From positions 5,280,001 to 5,344,000 of the forward strand of contig CBDBGH010000003.1 of NCBI GenBank assembly GCA_965205265.1: 64,000 nucleotides of DNA. The letters are read 5' to 3'. Shown in pieces: positions 28,743-39,286 of the stretch. The position numbers and the translations under genes were made by a program. How positions within the stretch are numbered: position 1 is the stretch's first letter; each line of letters begins with the position of its first letter. The stretch comes from Alphaproteobacteria bacterium (GTDB taxonomy: Bacteria; Pseudomonadota; Alphaproteobacteria; Bin95). A model generated the notes under the pieces. That model was not told the origin of the DNA. It saw only the letters and a program-made list of their open reading frames with translations, and did no database searches.

Positions 28743-29762
28743 TCATCGAGGTTTCGCCGGTATTCCGGCGTGTTTCTCCAGATGGGATTCGAAGCGGCGG
28801 GTCGCCTGCTCCCAGGAGCGCGCCCGGGCCGCCGCCACGCAGGCCCGGGGATCGAGGCCGAGAGCCCTGCGGGCCGCGGCTCCCAGATCCCTGTCAAGAA
28901 TGCCGCTGCGTCCGTGCTCGACGACATCCAGCGGCCCGGTCACCGGAAATGCCGCGACCGGAACCCCGCAGGCCATCGCCTCGAGCATGACCAGCCCGAA
29001 GGTATCGGTCACGCTCGGGAACACGAGGACATCGGCCGATGAGATGTGGCGCACGAGGTCCGCGCCGGACTTCTCGCCGAGGAACAGGGCGTCCGGATAG
29101 CGCGCCTCCAGTCGCCGGCGGTCCGGGCCGTCCCCGATGACAACCTTCGTGCCCTCCAGGTCCAGTCCCAGGAAGGCATCGAGGTTCTTCTCCACCGCGA
29201 CCCGACCGAGCGCCAGAAAGACGGGCCGGGCAGCGTCGATGGCGTCCCCCGGTCCCGGCCTGAACAGGGTCGTGTCCACGCCCCGCGGCCAGAGGACGAG
29301 ATTCGCGAAGCCGCGCCGGGCCAGCCGGTCTCGCTGGCTGGCGGTAGGCACCATGGTCCGTGCCGCCCGGCCGTGAAAGCGACGCAGCCAGACATAGGTC
29401 CATGCGACAGGAACCGGTATCCGGGCCCGGACATATTCCGGGAACTGCGTGTGGAAGGCGGTGGTGAAGGGGAAACCGTTGGCGAGGCACCAGTACCGCG
29501 CTGCCTGGCCGATCGGCCCTTCCGTGGCGATATGAACGCAGTCGGGCCGGAATGACCGGAGCGCAGCGCGAACGCCCCGGCGCGCGCCGAGCGCGAGCCG
29601 GATGGAGGGATAGGAGGGGCAGGGCACCGAGCGGAATCGCGTCGGCGTGACTAGTTCCACGATGTGACCGAACGCCTCGAGGGTCTCGGCGGTCTTGCCG
29701 AGCGTGCGGACAACGCCGTTGACCTGCGGGTGCGCCGCGTCGGTCGCTATGAGGATACGCAT
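28743..29762 (-). CDS. glycosyltransferase family 4 (GT-B)
   Basis: MRILIATDA..PQVNGV, HIATEGP, GRVAVEKN, FPS.TDTFGLV.LEAMACGVPV. Confidence 0.92.
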   Translation of the reverse strand: MRILIATDAAHPQVNGVVRTLGKTAETLEAFGHIVELVTPTRFRSVPCPSYPSIRLALGARRGVRAALRSFRPDCVHIATEGPIGQAARYWCLANGFPFTTAFHTQFPEYVRARIPVPVAWTYVWLRRFHGRAARTMVPTASQRDRLARRGFANLVLWPRGVDTTLFRPGPGDAIDAARPVFLALGRVAVEKNLDAFLGLDLEGTKVVIGDGPDRRRLEARYPDALFLGEKSGADLVRHISSADVLVFPSVTDTFGLVMLEAMACGVPVAAFPVTGPLDVVEHGRSGILDRDLGAAARRALGLDPRACVAAARARSWEQATRRFESHLEKHAGIPAKPR

Positions 29763-29921
29763 CGGCCGTCCTGTCGCTCCTGGAAGGCGTCCGGTTGCCG
29801 AACGCTCTCCGTGCCATTCGGCCCGGTCCGGAGCGCCTGGTTACGAAGCTCCTGCGTCATGCCGCCCTCCTCCCGGCGGCGGCCGCGACCATCGCCGGCG
29901 CCCCGAAAATCCCAAACGCAA

Positions 29922-29956
29922 ACCGGACCCCGCGGGACGCCCACACACATTGAAGC
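29922..29956 (+). repeat. solitary CRISPR-like repeat
   Basis: CCGGACCCCGCGGGACGCCCACACACATTGAAGC, with a leader-like CGCCCCGAAAATCCC just upstream. Confidence 0.45.
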
Positions 29957-30613
29957 GTGTTCGGATCGTCAATATCGATGAACCCGAAGCTCCCCGGTTT
30001 CCCCGGCCTTCGGCACCGGGCGCACCGTGAAGCCTGCGTGGACTGTGCGTCCGGGATCGAGGACGGCGGTTTCCTCTGGAGAATCGCCGTCCCCTGCACA
30101 ACGCGCCTTCCAACGCCGTTCCATTCCTCCCTGGACAGCCCCTTGAACACCCAGGCGGACGGGTCCGCCCGGGTGGCTCTCTCAAGGGCGGTCGCCGTAT
30201 CCCACGGTCCATCGGGATTCAGGCGGAAATTCGCCGCCACAGCGGCCAGACGCGACGGTTCCGGATGGCCTTCCGCGATGGCCCGCCATTCATCGGCGCC
30301 CGGTTCGTCGCCTTTCAGCCGGCGCTCGTACAGGGCGGCGGCACGGTCGCAATGAGCCGAGTTGCCCTCTCGAAACGGGGAATCCGGATCGCTCAACAGG
30401 GCGTGCATGAGCCGGTCCGGCAGCGCCGAGAGGTCGGCACCGACCGGGATGGCGGCCACGAAGCCGCCGGCCCATCCGGGCGCCCGGGCTTCCTCCATAT
30501 TGTAGAGGAGGGTCGACATGATGTGGGCAACGGATTCCGGAATGGCGAAGTCGTGCTCGAACAGGCCAACGGCCCTGGCGACATGTGCCTGCAGGGAGCC
30601 GGCGGTCCCCCCT

Positions 30614-32529
30614 CCTGACTTCGACGGTTGGGCTGACTTCTGACCGATCTCGCGTCTGGAGTTTTCAGTAAAGCCAATGAGTTGGCAGTTGCGGTGCGGT
30701 CAAGCTGCGTTGTAGTGCCTAGTAAATCTTTGAGACTGTCAATGCCTCCGCCACGCGCTACACTCCCCCCATGTTCGTGCGCATCAAGACCTCCCCCAAC
30801 AGCCCGCGACGCTCGGTCCAGATCGTCGAGGCCGTGCGCGACGGCGGCAAGGTCCGACAGCGCATCGTCCGCCATGTCGGCGTGGCCATGGACGAGGACG
30901 AGCTCGAGCGCCTGAGGCAGCTCGGCGAGTACGTCAAGGCGAAGCTGGAGGACGAGCGTCAGCCGGCATTGTTTGCGCCCGAGAAGATCGCTGAGCAGGC
31001 GATCCGTGTCGGCCGCCGGGGGGACGGCAAGGAGGAACTCCCGGTCGACCTCAAGCAGCTTGAAGAGGAGCAGCGCCTGATCACAGGCATCCACGAGGTC
31101 TATGGCGAGATCTACCGGCTGCTGGGCCTCGACGCGCTGCTGCCGCGCTCGCGCTACCGGGCCTCCCATGACGCGCTGTTCCATGTGGTGATGGCGCGGG
31201 TAGCCAACCCCGACAGCAAGCGGGGCAGCGTGCGCCGGCTCGAGGAGGACTTCGGCGTGAGTCTTCCGCTCGAGAAGGTCTACCGGATGATGGATCAGCT
31301 CGACGCGACGGTGATCGAGCGACTGCGCACGCGCGTCGGCGAGGCGAGCCGGTCGCTGCTGCCGGAGCCGGTCGCGATCCTCTTCTTCGATTGCACCACG
31401 CTCTACTTCGAGACGGCCGCCGAGGACGAGCTTCGCCAGCACGGCTTCAGCAAGGACGGCAAACACAAGGACTCGCAGGTTCTGCTGGCGCTGATGGTGA
31501 CGCGCGAAGGGCTGCCGATCAGCTACGAGGTCTTCCCCGGCGCCACCTACGAGGGACACAGCATGGTCCCGGTCCTGCAGGACATGCAGCGCCGCCACCA
31601 GGTGGAGCGCACGGTATGCGTGGCCGACCGGGGCATGCTGAGCGCCGACAACCTCGACGCCATGGACGCCATCGGCGGCGAGTATGTCGTCGGCGCGCGG
31701 CTGCGCAAGCTGCCGCTCGCGCTGCTGGGGCAGGTTCTCGACCCCGGGACCTATGCCCCGCTGGAGGGCTCACAGGACCGCCGGGTCGGCGAGTGGGAGT
31801 ACAAGGGCCGTCGCCTGATCGTCGTCTTCTGCCCCCAGCGCGCACGCAAGGACGCGCACGAGCGCCGCCATCAGGTGGAACGCCTGCTCGACAGGCTGGC
31901 CCGCAGCGACAATCCCAGGGAACTGCTCTCCAATCACGGGGCGAAGCGCTTCATCGCCGTCGAGGGCGACGCACGGCTCACGGTGAACCCGGAGAAGATC
32001 GCCGAGGCCGCACGATGGGACGGGCTCACCGGCGTCATCACCAATCTGCGCGACGCGCGCGTCACCGAAGTGATGGCTCACTACCAGGGGCTCTGGCAGG
32101 TCGAGGAGAGCTTCCGGATCACCAAACACGACCTGAAGATACGTCCCATCTGGCACTGGAACCCGGACCGGATCCGCGCTCACATCGCCATCGCCTTCCT
32201 GGCCTTCGCCTGCGTTCGACACCTTGCGTACCGCGTCGCCATCCAGAAGCGGCGGATGTCCCCGGAGGTCATCCGCTCCGCCCTCGTCCACCGCCAGTGC
32301 TCCCTGCTGCGCTGTCGGCAATCGGGCAACCGCTACGTCATCCCCTCGAAGCCGACACCGGCGGCGGAGCAGATTTACGCAACCATGGGGCTGCCCCTGA
32401 CGATCACCCCGTATCAACTCGCCTGACCGTCGACGAAGCACGGCTCGAAGAAATGCCGGATGTAGTGCCTAGCCGAAATGAGAACCAGGCAATATCAACT
32501 ACTTATGCGAATCAACCGTCGAAGTCAGG
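30614..32529 (+). mobile_element. IS1634-family element copy 1 (1916 bp), 33-bp direct repeat
   Basis: TIR CCTGACTTCGACGGTTG; direct repeat 30581-30613 = 32530-32562. Confidence 0.92.
30771..32426 (+). CDS. IS1634-family DDE transposase
   Basis: FFDCTTLYFE, GFSKDGK, VADRGM, Y..LWQVEESFR..K..L.IRP. Confidence 0.93.
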   Translation: MFVRIKTSPNSPRRSVQIVEAVRDGGKVRQRIVRHVGVAMDEDELERLRQLGEYVKAKLEDERQPALFAPEKIAEQAIRVGRRGDGKEELPVDLKQLEEEQRLITGIHEVYGEIYRLLGLDALLPRSRYRASHDALFHVVMARVANPDSKRGSVRRLEEDFGVSLPLEKVYRMMDQLDATVIERLRTRVGEASRSLLPEPVAILFFDCTTLYFETAAEDELRQHGFSKDGKHKDSQVLLALMVTREGLPISYEVFPGATYEGHSMVPVLQDMQRRHQVERTVCVADRGMLSADNLDAMDAIGGEYVVGARLRKLPLALLGQVLDPGTYAPLEGSQDRRVGEWEYKGRRLIVVFCPQRARKDAHERRHQVERLLDRLARSDNPRELLSNHGAKRFIAVEGDARLTVNPEKIAEAARWDGLTGVITNLRDARVTEVMAHYQGLWQVEESFRITKHDLKIRPIWHWNPDRIRAHIAIAFLAFACVRHLAYRVAIQKRRMSPEVIRSALVHRQCSLLRCRQSGNRYVIPSKPTPAAEQIYATMGLPLTITPYQLA

Positions 32530-33286
32530 ACATGTGCCTGCAGGGAGCCGGCGGTCCCCCCTCTTGCGGCCGGGTCATCGACTGCAGGGCCGCCGCCGAT
32601 GAGTTCCCCGAATTCCTTCTCGGCCATGTCCCTCACGGCCGGATCGCACCGAGCCAGGTCGGCAAGAAGGTCGAACTTGTCCCTGGCCGAATTCACGAAA
32701 GCCCTCACAGCCGCGCACTCCTTCACGCCCAAGCCCATCCGGTCCGGCCCACTATCTCACGGATCCCTGAAAACCCGCACGGCTTGCGGGCGCCGGGCCC
32801 GGGGATGGTGCCGCGCCAATCGCTGAAGGCGCCAACCGGGTCGATCAGGGGGCCGGTCCTTCACCGTCCCTGGAAGCCGCATGCCGGCCCAGAAGGGTCG
32901 CGAGTTCCGGGCTGCCGGAAAAGGACGCGAGGTCCGCCGGCGTGTTGCCGTCCCTGTCCCTGGCGGAAGGATCGGCCCCGGCGTCCAGCAGCCTCTGGAC
33001 GTGGGCTTCACCGGAAAGCGCCGCCGCGAGATGCAGGGGGCTCCAGCCGTCCTTGTCCCTCGCATTCGGGTCGGCCCCGGCATCGAGCAGGGCCTGCAGC
33101 GCCGCGACCGACCCCCGGGAGGCCGCGACATGCAGCGGCGTGCGCCTGTCCGGACCGCGGACATCCGGATCCGGGCCGGTGCGAAGCAGGACGCCGATGA
33201 CCCGGGCGGCATAACCGCCCGGAGCCCGGGCCGCGGCATGAAGGGGGGTATCCCCGTATCTTGTCGCGGTGGTGGAGGCCACTCCT

Positions 33287-35202
33287 CCTGACTTCGACGG
33301 TTGATTCGCATAAGTAGTTGATATTGCCTGGTTCTCATTTCGGCTAGGCACTACATCCGGCATTTCTTCGAGCCGTGCTTCGTCGACGGTCAGGCGAGTT
33401 GATACGGGGTGATCGTCAGGGGCAGCCCCATGGTTGCGTAAATCTGCTCCGCCGCCGGTGTCGGCTTCGAGGGGATGACGTAGCGGTTGCCCGATTGCCG
33501 ACAGCGCAGCAGGGAGCACTGGCGGTGGACGAGGGCGGAGCGGATGACCTCCGGGGACATCCGCCGCTTCTGGATGGCGACGCGGTACGCAAGGTGTCGA
33601 ACGCAGGCGAAGGCCAGGAAGGCGATGGCGATGTGAGCGCGGATCCGGTCCGGGTTCCAGTGCCAGATGGGACGTATCTTCAGGTCGTGTTTGGTGATCC
33701 GGAAGCTCTCCTCGACCTGCCAGAGCCCCTGGTAGTGAGCCATCACTTCGGTGACGCGCGCGTCGCGCAGATTGGTGATGACGCCGGTGAGCCCGTCCCA
33801 TCGTGCGGCCTCGGCGATCTTCTCCGGGTTCACCGTGAGCCGTGCGTCGCCCTCGACGGCGATGAAGCGCTTCGCCCCGTGATTGGAGAGCAGTTCCCTG
33901 GGATTGTCGCTGCGGGCCAGCCTGTCGAGCAGGCGTTCCACCTGATGGCGGCGCTCGTGCGCGTCCTTGCGTGCGCGCTGGGGGCAGAAGACGACGATCA
34001 GGCGACGGCCCTTGTACTCCCACTCGCCGACCCGGCGGTCCTGTGAGCCCTCCAGCGGGGCATAGGTCCCGGGGTCGAGAACCTGCCCCAGCAGCGCGAG
34101 CGGCAGCTTGCGCAGCCGCGCGCCGACGACATACTCGCCGCCGATGGCGTCCATGGCGTCGAGGTTGTCGGCGCTCAGCATGCCCCGGTCGGCCACGCAT
34201 ACCGTGCGCTCCACCTGGTGGCGGCGCTGCATGTCCTGCAGGACCGGGACCATGCTGTGTCCCTCGTAGGTGGCGCCGGGGAAGACCTCGTAGCTGATCG
34301 GCAGCCCTTCGCGCGTCACCATCAGCGCCAGCAGAACCTGCGAGTCCTTGTGTTTGCCGTCCTTGCTGAAGCCGTGCTGGCGAAGCTCGTCCTCGGCGGC
34401 CGTCTCGAAGTAGAGCGTGGTGCAATCGAAGAAGAGGATCGCGACCGGCTCCGGCAGCAGCGACCGGCTCGCCTCGCCGACGCGCGTGCGCAGTCGCTCG
34501 ATCACCGTCGCGTCGAGCTGATCCATCATCCGGTAGACCTTCTCGAGCGGAAGACTCACGCCGAAGTCCTCCTCGAGCCGGCGCACGCTGCCCCGCTTGC
34601 TGTCGGGGTTGGCTACCCGCGCCATCACCACATGGAACAGCGCGTCATGGGAGGCCCGGTAGCGCGAGCGCGGCAGCAGCGCGTCGAGGCCCAGCAGCCG
34701 GTAGATCTCGCCATAGACCTCGTGGATGCCTGTGATCAGGCGCTGCTCCTCTTCAAGCTGCTTGAGGTCGACCGGGAGTTCCTCCTTGCCGTCCCCCCGG
34801 CGGCCGACACGGATCGCCTGCTCAGCGATCTTCTCGGGCGCAAACAATGCCGGCTGACGCTCGTCCTCCAGCTTCGCCTTGACGTACTCGCCGAGCTGCC
34901 TCAGGCGCTCGAGCTCGTCCTCGTCCATGGCCACGCCGACATGGCGGACGATGCGCTGTCGGACCTTGCCGCCGTCGCGCACGGCCTCGACGATCTGGAC
35001 CGAGCGTCGCGGGCTGTTGGGGGAGGTCTTGATGCGCACGAACATGGGGGGAGTGTAGCGCGTGGCGGAGGCATTGACAGTCTCAAAGATTTACTAGGCA
35101 CTACAACGCAGCTTGACCGCACCGCAACTGCCAACTCATTGGCTTTACTGAAAACTCCAGACGCGAGATCGGTCAGAAGTCAGCCCAACCGTCGAAGTCA
35201 GG
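33287..35202 (-). mobile_element. IS1634-family element copy 2, 165-bp direct repeat
   Basis: Inverted copy of 30614-32529; direct repeat 33122-33286 = 35203-35367. Confidence 0.92.
33390..35045 (-). CDS. IS1634-family DDE transposase
   Basis: Identical 551-aa protein. Confidence 0.93.
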   Translation of the reverse strand: MFVRIKTSPNSPRRSVQIVEAVRDGGKVRQRIVRHVGVAMDEDELERLRQLGEYVKAKLEDERQPALFAPEKIAEQAIRVGRRGDGKEELPVDLKQLEEEQRLITGIHEVYGEIYRLLGLDALLPRSRYRASHDALFHVVMARVANPDSKRGSVRRLEEDFGVSLPLEKVYRMMDQLDATVIERLRTRVGEASRSLLPEPVAILFFDCTTLYFETAAEDELRQHGFSKDGKHKDSQVLLALMVTREGLPISYEVFPGATYEGHSMVPVLQDMQRRHQVERTVCVADRGMLSADNLDAMDAIGGEYVVGARLRKLPLALLGQVLDPGTYAPLEGSQDRRVGEWEYKGRRLIVVFCPQRARKDAHERRHQVERLLDRLARSDNPRELLSNHGAKRFIAVEGDARLTVNPEKIAEAARWDGLTGVITNLRDARVTEVMAHYQGLWQVEESFRITKHDLKIRPIWHWNPDRIRAHIAIAFLAFACVRHLAYRVAIQKRRMSPEVIRSALVHRQCSLLRCRQSGNRYVIPSKPTPAAEQIYATMGLPLTITPYQLA

Positions 35203-36325
35203 GCCGCGACATGCAGCGGCGTGCGCCTGTCCGGACCGCGGACATCCGGATCCGGGCCGGTGCGAAGCAGGACGCCGATGACCCGGGCGGCATAACCGCC
35301 CGGAGCCCGGGCCGCGGCATGAAGGGGGGTATCCCCGTATCTTGTCGCGGTGGTGGAGGCCACTCCTGTCTCGAGCAGCATTCCGACGGCCGCCTCGCTG
35401 CCTCTGACCGCCGCCATGAAAAGCGCCGTACGCCCATCGCGGTCACGGGCTGCGGGATCCGCCCCGGCGTCGAGCAGAAGCCGCATTGTGCGGATATTGG
35501 ACCCCGCCGCATCGGTGCCGTCGGCGGCCCGATGCAGCGGCGTGCGTCCGTGATCGTCGGTGTCGCCTGTCGCGCCGCCGGCGTCGATCCACTGACGGAC
35601 GTCGTGCGGCGCCGCAATCTCGAACAGCGGCGCCATGCGGGCCAGCAGCAGCCGGACCGTCTCCGGCCCGCCATGTTTCCGGGCGAAGTCCAACGGAGTC
35701 CAGCCACACTCGTTTTCCATGAAGGGGTCGGCGCCCGCTTCCAGCAACAGGCTGACCATCCTCGTCTCGTTTTCACGGCCCATGGCGTCGTGAAGCGGGG
35801 TCGCCCCGCCATTCGTTCTGGCGTCCGGCCCGGCTCCGGTTTCGAGCAGGGCGCGCACCATGCCGGGAGATCCCGTCAGGACGGCGAAATGGAGCGCGGT
35901 CTCGCCGAACGCGTTGACCGCATCGGCATGCGCCCCGCCGGCAACCAGGGCGCGCACGGTTTCCGCCGCCTGGGAAGACTCGGGAGATCCCTGGGTGACG
36001 GCTTCATGCAGGGCCGTGTGGCCGCTCGCGAGCCGAAGGTCCGGGTCGGCGCCGGCCTTGAGCAGCATCGCAATGATGTCGGCCCGGCCATAAGCCGCCG
36101 CCCTGTGCAACGGAGCATAGGAAAGCCAGTTGGCGATGCCGGGATCGGCCCCGGCATCGAGCAGCGCCTGGATGACCTCCCTGCCGCTGCCATACTCGAC
36201 CGCCCGAAGGAGCGGCGTGGACCGCTCGCCATCGGTTTCGTTCACATCGGTTGTGCCGGCAATCCATGCACGGATCTCGTCGACCGCCGCTTTCGCGAAA
36301 TCGGGTTGCATGGTTCCGGAGACCC

Positions 36326-37579
36326 CTATGCCGCCGGTTCCGGCAGCCCGCGACCGACCGCTTCGGCAAGCAGTCCGGCGGCCTCCTCGCGTCCCTCATG
36401 CCGGGCCATGTCGGCAGGCGTGTCCCCGAACTCGTTCCGGGCTCCGGGATCGGCCCCGGCCTCGAGCAGCACACGGACATGCTCCGTCGTGCCTGCGGAC
36501 GCCGCGAGGTGAAGCGGGGTTACCTGCTGTGCGCCGGCGGCGTTCGGGTCCGCGCCGGCGGCCACAAGCGCTCTCGCGACCTCCGGATTGGCGTTGTTGG
36601 CAGCGTGATGCAGCGGAGTCGTGCCGTATCGGTCGGCGGCGTTGCATGACGCGCCGGCTTCCAGGAGAAATTCCACAATATCGACACGGTCGTACGTGGC
36701 CGCGAGATGCAGGGGCGTCTCGCCGCCACCCTTCTCCCGGGCCGCCGCATCGGCGCCGGCCTCGGCAAGGATCCTGGCGCACTCGAGATCCGCCCTCCAG
36801 GCGGCCGCCAGATGCAGGGCGCCGCAGCCTGTTTCGGTGACGGCGGCGGCGTCCGCCCCTGCATCGAGCAGCAGGCGGAGGGCGGCGGGGCTGCGCGCCT
36901 GGCTGGCGAAAAGCAGCGGCGTCATGCCACCGCGGTTCCTCGCGTGTATATCGGCCCCGGCTTCCAGGAGGAGTTCCATTGCAGGCACGTTCCCGCCATC
37001 CGCCGCCAGATGCAGGGGCGTGGCTCCCATGATGTCCCGGGACAGGGGAGAGCCGCCCCGGGACAGCCAGTCCCGCAGCGCGTCCCGGGAGACCGAGCCG
37101 AATGCCAGCCAGCCGGGTTCGCCGCTGCCCCGACCGGCCCTCCGGGAATGACGGGAAGTGAGCGTCGCGACGCGGTCCGCCAGACCGGAAACCTCCTCGA
37201 AGCGGCGCCCGGGAGCATCGTCCCAGTCGATGATGGCGTTGAGCCAGCCTTCGGGTCCGCCGGCATGGGGAAGCCGGAGCTCCCCGCAATAGATCTCGCA
37301 GACCCTGTCGGCGAAGGCTCCGCTATCCCAGAGCGCGATACCGAGCTTCTCCGCGCACTGCATCCTGATGCCGCCGCCCAGGGACCAGCATGCGGGGTCG
37401 CCCGTCCCGGGACCGGGCGGGTCGTCGATCGAGAAGATGTCGAGCGCCTCTCCCCTGTCGTTCCGCGCCCAGGCGCGCTGGGTCCAGTCGGATGGCTCCC
37501 GGAACATCGCCGCGACCGCTGCGGCGATCTCAGCCTGGACATCCGGTCGTTGGATCAGTTCCGCGGGGGTCGGGGGCAT
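36326..37579 (-). CDS. phage-like (DUF6197-like) N-terminal domain fused to ankyrin repeats
   Basis: WTQRAWAR...CWSLGGGI...WDDAPGRRFEEV, then about seven TPLHLAA repeats. Confidence 0.8.
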   Translation of the reverse strand: MPPTPAELIQRPDVQAEIAAAVAAMFREPSDWTQRAWARNDRGEALDIFSIDDPPGPGTGDPACWSLGGGIRMQCAEKLGIALWDSGAFADRVCEIYCGELRLPHAGGPEGWLNAIIDWDDAPGRRFEEVSGLADRVATLTSRHSRRAGRGSGEPGWLAFGSVSRDALRDWLSRGGSPLSRDIMGATPLHLAADGGNVPAMELLLEAGADIHARNRGGMTPLLFASQARSPAALRLLLDAGADAAAVTETGCGALHLAAAWRADLECARILAEAGADAAAREKGGGETPLHLAATYDRVDIVEFLLEAGASCNAADRYGTTPLHHAANNANPEVARALVAAGADPNAAGAQQVTPLHLAASAGTTEHVRVLLEAGADPGARNEFGDTPADMARHEGREEAAGLLAEAVGRGLPEPAA

Positions 37580-37835
37580 GATGTGTCCTCTTGCAGAAGC
37601 GGCGGGGTCCGGGACCGGCAGCATAGCCGGAGCCGCTGAAAACTCGATGCGTCGGGACTTGCCCGCCGACGGTTTCCCCGGCAGGATCGGACCGTGCCGG
37701 CAACAACCGGCGTCGCTGTTTGCCACGGTCGCGAGCAAGACAAGGCTCTCCGGATCGCAGGAACCCGGAGCAAGAGAGATACTCGTCCCGAGCGACGAGC
37801 CCTGGGCCCGGCCAGGGAACTTACCGGGCAACAAC

Positions 37836-38153
37836 ACCGCACCGCACCAAATCGCCCATCATTGAAGGTCGTTGGCTGCAGAGAAGAGCCACAGGACGTT
37901 GTCGGTCAGAGCGGGCCAATGCCCGCTCCGCATATTGAAGGGCAATCAATGAAGGTCCGCACCGGTGCCCGGCAAACATCCAGGCCCGCCCCGCCTTGGA
38001 GAGGCCTCCGGCTCCACTTGGATTTCCGCGCTCGGGACTGCCCTCGCAGCGCGGGGGCGCCACGGCCGACTGCGGCGGTCCGAGCTGAAGTCGTTAAGGG
38101 CGCAGCGTGAAAATCCCCTTCAATGTGCAGGCGGCTGAACCGCCGCCCGGACC
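37836..38153. repeat. cluster of solitary CRISPR-like repeats in both orientations
   Basis: CATTGAAGG at ~37860; GCGGGCCAATGCCCGCTCCGCATATTGAAGG at 37911-37941; CCTTCAATGTGCAGGCGGCTGAACCGCC at ~38118. Confidence 0.5.
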
Positions 38154-38488
38154 GGGCGGGATGGCATAGGTGCCCGATTGCTCGCAGTGCGCCGTGAGCC
38201 GGACGCCATCGATCAATGAGCTGGAACGGCGCGGCGCCGCTCCGTGAATTCGCCGGCGCTGCCCGGACACCGGCACTGTCTCTCGCCAACCTGTCACACA
38301 GCACGGGAGCCCAGGCTCCGTGCAACGCATGTTGCCCGGTATAGGTGTCGGCTTCAACCGCTTGGCAAAGGTTCCTCCAACAACTCCGGAAAGCCGGCCC
38401 GGAGACCGGTGTCCCGTGCCGTGTCCGGTTGCATCGGGGGGTGTCACGTCCGAGTGGCTGCCCGCTAAGCGGGTCGGGCCTTCCAGGT

Positions 38489-39055
38489 TCACGCCAGACC
38501 GAGGGCCGACCCGAGGATCACGGTTATGAAGAAACCGGTTGCCGCGACGGCAATGGCGGCGCAGATCTGCCAGCGGGGCACGGGCCTGTCCGGCCGGGCC
38601 CGGAGGGCGCTGACGCAGGCGGCGGCCGGCGCGATCAGCGCCGGAAACGCGATCCCGAAGCTCAGCCAGGCGACGGCGGTCCCGATCACGGTCCCGGCCG
38701 AAGCCGCGCACCAGGCATTGTCGAGACCGCAAGCCGAGCCCGGCTGCGGAACCGCGAGGCTGCCGCCACCGGCAAGGGCGGACGCAAGGAACCCGACCAC
38801 GGTCGCCGGTCCGACCACGGCCACGCCGTGAGCCCAGAACTCGGGAGAGCGTCCGTCGCCGCGCCACCAGACAGCGGCCCCCAGTACGACGGCGGCAATC
38901 CACGGCGTGGCGACCGCAATGCCGAGCGCGACCATGACATTCCCGCCGATCCCGAAAGCGCCGAAGGTGCCTCCCGCGACCAGGGTCGCGGTGGCCATCG
39001 CCGAAAGTCCGGCAGTTGTTCCGAGCACAATCTGGATTACGGTCCGCAGGGCCAT
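38489..39055 (-). CDS. putative multi-pass membrane protein
   Basis: About five hydrophobic segments. Confidence 0.6.
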   Translation of the reverse strand: MALRTVIQIVLGTTAGLSAMATATLVAGGTFGAFGIGGNVMVALGIAVATPWIAAVVLGAAVWWRGDGRSPEFWAHGVAVVGPATVVGFLASALAGGGSLAVPQPGSACGLDNAWCAASAGTVIGTAVAWLSFGIAFPALIAPAAACVSALRARPDRPVPRWQICAAIAVAATGFFITVILGSALGLA

Positions 39056-39233
39056 GATCTACATGCCGCTTACAAGGACCACAGCAATAAGCCGTTGTCC
39101 AGAACGAGAAAGCCGAAGCCCTTCGCGTGCTCGTATCATTTGACCGCTGCCGCAATGCGCTTGCCCACACCGCGTCCCGATGTCGGATATGCCTTGCTGA
39201 ACCATTATTTCATTCTGACGGCAACCGTCCACT

Positions 39234-39286
39234 GCCTGCGTCAGCGCCCTCCGGGCCCGGCCGGACAGGCCCGTGCCCCGCTGGCA
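39234..39286. repeat. perfect 53-bp inverted copy of 38568-38620
   Basis: GCCTGCGTCAGCGCCC...CGCTGGCA is the reverse complement of part of the adjacent CDS. Confidence 0.9.

Larger units (their letters stand above)
29857..32738 (-). pseudogene. hypothetical gene split by IS1634 copy 1
   Basis: ORF 32499..32738 and ORF 29857..30519 join in frame across the 33-bp duplication (...GGTAGSLQAHV ARAVGLFEHDF...). Confidence 0.55.
32845..36311 (-). pseudogene. long ankyrin repeat gene interrupted by IS1634 copy 2
   Basis: MQPDFAKA start at 36311 with many TPLH repeats to 35203; C-terminal ankyrin repeats resume at 33121-32845. Confidence 0.85.

Noticed and set aside
30614-35202. Composite transposon formed by the inverted IS1634 copies
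   Set aside because: Each copy has its own separate direct repeat, so they are independent insertions.
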